Positions 59,653 through 64,000 of a DNA stretch of 64,000 nt are shown piece after piece. The translations under genes were made by a program, and so were the position numbers. Position 1 is the stretch's first letter; each line of letters begins with the position of its first letter. The notes under the pieces are model-generated. The model worked only from the letters and a program-made list of their open reading frames with translations, ran no database searches and was not told the DNA's origin. The DNA lies in contig CAWBZI010000006.1 of NCBI GenBank assembly GCA_963793265.1, forward strand, positions 288,001 through 352,000. The letters run 5' to 3'. The DNA is from an uncultured cyanobacterium (GTDB lineage Bacteria > Cyanobacteriota > Cyanobacteriia > Phormidesmidales > Phormidesmidaceae).

Positions 59653-60840
59653 ATGGCAATCAAACCATCTCAAATTCAGCAGGTACTAGGCCGAAAACGC
59701 GCTGACTTTGCCAGCTTTGATGAGAGCACATCTAGCTATTTACAGCAGTACCGCGAAGCTTGGAACGAGTGGGTAAATCTATCAGAGACAAATAGAGATA
59801 AGTGGGTGAGCGCTCAGGAAGGAGACTTAGGTGCAAAGCCGTTAGAGCCCATATCGTCTGAGCACAGAGGCATTCTTCGTAGCGGCCTGAGCTGGGACAA
59901 TCGCGAGCAAAGCCTGAACTGGGTTAAAGATCATCTCACTGACGTCACTACGTTTGCAGTGGATGGTTCGCAGGTGTTTCCACAAAAAGACTTTTCGATT
60001 CCGATTGCGCTGGTGCAGATTGGCTGGTTTGAGAATCATCATTGCGCCGCAGGTGAATACGAAAAGGACATTTTGCTCGATGTGATGACGCCAAAGGATT
60101 TGGTGTCTGACCGATCGCAGCCAATGGATAGGTGGATCAACATGCGCCGGTTTTCCATGGAGGTGCAGCGTCTCATTGACTACATTACTCACGCCAAAGC
60201 TCGGGCCGAGGCGCAGGGGCGTGACCCCCATAGATGTCTGGTCTTTTTCGATGGATCGCTGGTGCTTTCGTTCGCCTCTATGCTCGATGAAAATATTCGC
60301 TCGCCGTACATCGATCAGGTTTTAACGCTGCTTAGAGCCAGTGAAAAGCATCAGGTTCCCTTAGTAGGCTATATCGATACTGCGCAGTCGAACGACATTA
60401 CAACGCTGCTGAGGACGTTCGACAAGCTCGAAACCACGCGGACGATTCACGATGCGAAGCTGCTGGATCGGTTGATGCAGTGGGGCGATCGCACCCCTCT
60501 CATGATCTGCGATCGCGGCGACATCCTCAACTCCTATGCCGAAATGCGCGATCGCATCGCTTTCACCTACCTCAAAACCAACGCCAACTATCCCGCCCGT
60601 CTGGAGCTGCCTAAATGGATTTGGGAAGCTGGGCGCGCTGAAGCGGTGATCAATCAGGTTCGCGCTGAGGTGATTGTTGGCAACGGGTATCCGTATGCCA
60701 TTGAAACGGCGGATCAAACCGCTGTTTTGCAGAGTCGCGATCGCCAAATCTTCTATCGCATTTTGCAAGACTGGGCCGAACAGGAGAACCTGGCACTGAG
60801 CCTGTCGCAGAAAATGATGAGTAAATCAAGACGCCGCTGA
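59653..60840 (+). CDS. nurA: NurA-family 5'-3' nuclease
   Basis: FAVDGSQ, FFDGSL and GNGYPYAIETADQTA motifs. Confidence 0.85.
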   Translation: MAIKPSQIQQVLGRKRADFASFDESTSSYLQQYREAWNEWVNLSETNRDKWVSAQEGDLGAKPLEPISSEHRGILRSGLSWDNREQSLNWVKDHLTDVTTFAVDGSQVFPQKDFSIPIALVQIGWFENHHCAAGEYEKDILLDVMTPKDLVSDRSQPMDRWINMRRFSMEVQRLIDYITHAKARAEAQGRDPHRCLVFFDGSLVLSFASMLDENIRSPYIDQVLTLLRASEKHQVPLVGYIDTAQSNDITTLLRTFDKLETTRTIHDAKLLDRLMQWGDRTPLMICDRGDILNSYAEMRDRIAFTYLKTNANYPARLELPKWIWEAGRAEAVINQVRAEVIVGNGYPYAIETADQTAVLQSRDRQIFYRILQDWAEQENLALSLSQKMMSKSRRR

Positions 60841-61013
60841 CCATAAAACACTGTCAGTAGCAGATAAAACTTATGTATTCGTTATTGCCAAACCTCTGAA
60901 ATCACTACTCTTGTGCGACTTCGGCTCGCTGGCTAAATTAGTATGCTGCTGCAAATGGTACGTTTCATGCCGTTAGCGTAAGGCACAGCTAACATCAGTG
61001 CGGCTAAGGCATA

Positions 61014-63089
61014 GTGCTCAACTTCAAAGACCCCTATCTCTGGATAAAACAACAATACAGCGTCATCTTCAAGCGGCGGCGCTTAGGCGAAAGTCAGTCT
61101 GCATCTGCTAGCCAGCTCAGTCTATGGTCAGGTTTAGTCGTTGCAACTATCTCCGTTGGGCTATCGGCAACGGGAGCTTGGAGCCTGCTAGAGCAGCAAA
61201 GCTACGACAATCTACACCAGGCCAAACGAAAGTTTACGGGCGAGCCGATGTGGGATAGCCGGGTCATCATCATCGCAATTGATGAGGCCAGCGTCGTTCG
61301 GTTGGGGCGTTTCCCCTGGTCGCGCAGTCTCTATGCCGATTTGCTCAACCAGCTTCAGAGCGCCCAGCCCGCTGCTATCACCTTCGATATTCTGTTCCCT
61401 GAGCATACGGATCAAGATTTAGCGTTTGGTCAGGCGATCGCTGATAGCGGCAACGTCGTGCTCGCAGTCGGTACCGATCGGCCAGGCAACTATCTCAATG
61501 TCAGCCCTAGCATTGCCGAGCAAGCTGATGGCTTTTTTCTGCGCGGTGATATCGGCAGTCGTGGCGATAACGATGGCGTGAGTCGGCGGTTGCCTCTGAC
61601 CTCTAGCAGAGAAGGCGTGCCCGCTTTGAGCTTGGCAACCATGCAGGTCTATGCCGACACGCTTGCAAATACTGTTCACTCGGATACTGTTCACTCGGAT
61701 AGTCAAACGGATCTGGTTGCCTCATCTAAGGTTTCACCACTCGCAGCGATTCCACCGAACGAAACTATTTGGATTAACTGGCCAGGCGAAGCAACGGCTG
61801 CCTATCAAAATAGTCATATCAACGATCTCAAAACCTATTCATACGCAGATGTCGTTGATGGATTAGTCGATACTCAGGTTTTTCAAAATAAGATCGTGCT
61901 GGTGGGTGCGACTATCGGCGGCATCGATCCGTTGCGGACGCCTTTTCATAAAGATGTGCCGGTCAGCGGCGTTTACCTCTATGCGGCTGCGCTCAACAAC
62001 TTGTTGAACCAGTCTTTTCTGCGGCGACCTTCTGTATGGCACAACACGCTGCTGCTCATTGGCCTGTCGTTTTTGGGTAGCTACCTGCTGCGTCGTCAGA
62101 GCATGTACCGACGACTATTAGTAGTGATGGGGTTTCCTGTGCTGTGGAGTCTGTTCGCCTTCGGTGTCTTTTTGCTGGGCTGGTGGATTCCAGTAGCAGC
62201 GCCGATTGGCACCGTTTTACTCTGCGCGATCGCCCTCCAACTTCACGAGCAGCAAGAAAAGCAACAGCTCATGGCGCTGCTCTCAATGAATGTCTCTCCG
62301 GGTACTGCCGAACTAATCTGGCGGCACAAAGGCGTCATTCTTGATCGCGGCGAACTTGCCGCCAAAAATCTCACGGCCACCGTGCTCTTTATGGACATTC
62401 GCGGCTTTACGAGCATTGCCGAAACGCTGCCGTCGCATAAGCTACTGCCCTGGCTCAATCAATACTTTGAAACCATGACCGACTGCATCATGCAGCACGG
62501 CGGCATGGTCGATAAGTATATTGGCGATGCCATGATGGCGGTTTTTGGTGCGCCTTTGCCCCGCACTCAGCCCGAAGATATTCAAGCAGATGCGATCGCG
62601 GCTCTCCATGCCGCCCTCGAAATGCACCAGCGCCTAAAATCGCTCAACTCTCACCTGCGCGCCCAAAACCTACCCACCATCAAATTCGGCATCGGCATCC
62701 ACACCGGCCCGCTTATCGGCGGCACCGTCGGCAACCGCCATCGCCTCAACTACTCCCTATTTGGCGACACCGTAAACATCGCGGCCCGGCTAGAAACTAT
62801 GACCAAATCCCTACCCGAGGACGCCCCCTTCAACCTGCTGCTTAGCGCGGCCACCTGCGAATACACCCGCGCCTACTTCCCCGTTGAGCTTTTCCAATCC
62901 GGCCAGCTCCCCGGTCGCGAGGGCCACACCGATACTTACACCATCACCTCAACCGTCATCTCAAAATCTTCGACATATAAGTTCCCCAAAGCTGCGCGGC
63001 CTGCGAGCTACTCCCGCCCGTCGGCGTATTATCGTCGTTCCCCAGCCACACGCCCGTCACAACCTCACGACGCGGCACAAAGCCAATAA
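61014..63089 (+). CDS. CHASE2-domain class III adenylate cyclase
   Basis: GRFPWSR and FDILFPE (CHASE2), three TM helices, FMDIRGFT, DKYIGDA (Lys suggests ATP specificity) and GDTVNIAARLE. Confidence 0.9.
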   Translation: MLNFKDPYLWIKQQYSVIFKRRRLGESQSASASQLSLWSGLVVATISVGLSATGAWSLLEQQSYDNLHQAKRKFTGEPMWDSRVIIIAIDEASVVRLGRFPWSRSLYADLLNQLQSAQPAAITFDILFPEHTDQDLAFGQAIADSGNVVLAVGTDRPGNYLNVSPSIAEQADGFFLRGDIGSRGDNDGVSRRLPLTSSREGVPALSLATMQVYADTLANTVHSDTVHSDSQTDLVASSKVSPLAAIPPNETIWINWPGEATAAYQNSHINDLKTYSYADVVDGLVDTQVFQNKIVLVGATIGGIDPLRTPFHKDVPVSGVYLYAAALNNLLNQSFLRRPSVWHNTLLLIGLSFLGSYLLRRQSMYRRLLVVMGFPVLWSLFAFGVFLLGWWIPVAAPIGTVLLCAIALQLHEQQEKQQLMALLSMNVSPGTAELIWRHKGVILDRGELAAKNLTATVLFMDIRGFTSIAETLPSHKLLPWLNQYFETMTDCIMQHGGMVDKYIGDAMMAVFGAPLPRTQPEDIQADAIAALHAALEMHQRLKSLNSHLRAQNLPTIKFGIGIHTGPLIGGTVGNRHRLNYSLFGDTVNIAARLETMTKSLPEDAPFNLLLSAATCEYTRAYFPVELFQSGQLPGREGHTDTYTITSTVISKSSTYKFPKAARPASYSRPSAYYRRSPATRPSQPHDAAQSQ

Positions 63090-64000
63090 ACCAAAGGTCT
63101 ACGTTGTCGTTAGTCGTCCCGGTTTTACCGCCTTCTCCTAAGCCCAGATAGGCATTTCGAGCCGTGCCACCCTGCACCGCGCCCTGCATCATGCCCACCA
63201 TCGTATTTGCCACGCTCGCGTCTAGTGCCTGAATGCCACCTTCGGCCTGTGAGTAGTCATAAATCACGCGGCAGGTGTCTGGATTGTCAAAGTCTTCGCA
63301 GTCGCTGCTGTCTATCACCCGCTGGATGCCGTGGGGGCGATTCCATACGCCTTGATTTGCGATCGCCCCAAAAGCCCCCGTCATCTCCAAAGGCGTCACC
63401 TCACTCTGCCCCAGCACCAGCCCCGGTACAGGATCTAGCTCAGATCTAATTCCCAGCCGCTCAGCCAGCTTCACAATCGAGTTCAAACCCGCCTCCTGTG
63501 CCACCCGCAGCGCAACCACATTCTCAGAACGCGCCAGCCCAGCATACATATCCAGCGCGCCGCTACCCGAACGGCAGCCCGCAAAATAAGCGCCCCATTC
63601 AAGGTCACTACAAGAAAACGTCTCCCCCGGTGAAATGCCCTGCTCAATCGCTGAGGCATAGGCAAACACCTTAAACGTAGAACCGGGCTGACGGAGCGCC
63701 TGACTGGCGCGGTTAAACTGACTTGCCTGATAGTCCACGCCGCCAACTAACGCTTCAATCTCTCCGTTGCTCGTATTCAGCGTCACCACGGCCCCTTCCG
63801 AAAATCCAGACTGTGCGCCCTGAGCCGCCACCGTTTGCTGAAGCGTCGTTTCAGCCGCCGCCTGCGCGTCCAGATTCAAGCTGGTTTCCACGATAAAATT
63901 ACCCTCTCGGGCCAGGCTCTTTCCCAGCAAATCGTCCAGCTCATCAAAAATGTAGCTGTAAAAGTAGGGTGCTTCAGCGCTCTGCAACTGCTCGCGCGCT
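62956..64000 (-). CDS. Class A penicillin-binding protein (PBP1A-like), transpeptidase domain; 5' part outside the window
   Basis: RQPGSTFK (SxxK), SEN (SxN) and GKTGT (KTG) motifs. Confidence 0.9.
   Translation of the reverse strand, partial: AREQLQSAEAPYFYSYIFDELDDLLGKSLAREGNFIVETSLNLDAQAAAETTLQQTVAAQGAQSGFSEGAVVTLNTSNGEIEALVGGVDYQASQFNRASQALRQPGSTFKVFAYASAIEQGISPGETFSCSDLEWGAYFAGCRSGSGALDMYAGLARSENVVALRVAQEAGLNSIVKLAERLGIRSELDPVPGLVLGQSEVTPLEMTGAFGAIANQGVWNRPHGIQRVIDSSDCEDFDNPDTCRVIYDYSQAEGGIQALDASVANTMVGMMQGAVQGGTARNAYLGLGEGGKTGTTNDNVDLWFIGFVPRREVVTGVWLGNDDNTPTGGSSSQAAQLWGTYMSKILR

Noticed and set aside
57890..60840. KaiC-like ATPase as the motor partner of NurA (novel defence or repair pair)
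   Set aside because: The genes are divergent, the ATPase is coupled to the kinase instead, and it lacks HerA/FtsK features; adjacency alone is insufficient.

Overview
Chromosomal segment of a HIP1-rich (GCGATCGC) cyanobacterium. The codon style and gene set suggest a Leptolyngbya/Synechococcus PCC 7335-like lineage, but that is inference. Most of the window (about 7.4-64 kb) is core housekeeping: clpB, argH, cobK, lexA, sigA, thyX, msrA, galE, proB, mltG, ruvX, wecB, ilvD, hslO, chlP and a partial PBP1A. Within it are two small toxin-antitoxin insertions, an AlgI/AlgJ-type O-acylation pair, a KaiC-like ATPase plus histidine kinase module, and a nurA gene with a LexA-type box. The outstanding feature is the first 7.4 kb, an apparently self-contained heme/redox system unusual for cyanobacteria. 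It comprises a divergent ResB-type cytochrome c maturation gene (missed by the ORF track), a tail-anchored tandem double globin, a penta-heme (4 CXXCH + 1 CX4CH) and a hexa-heme c cytochrome, a monoheme DUF3365/Tll0287-like lipoprotein, a membrane protein with two H-x13-H pairs and a membrane-anchored thioredoxin. The + strand genes sit behind a promoter with NtcA class II geometry. A second, window-wide signal is an abrupt G/T-to-C/A compositional switch centred on HIP1 sites. No rRNA, tRNA, CRISPR array or transposase was recognised. All family assignments are from motif recognition by eye, not database searches.
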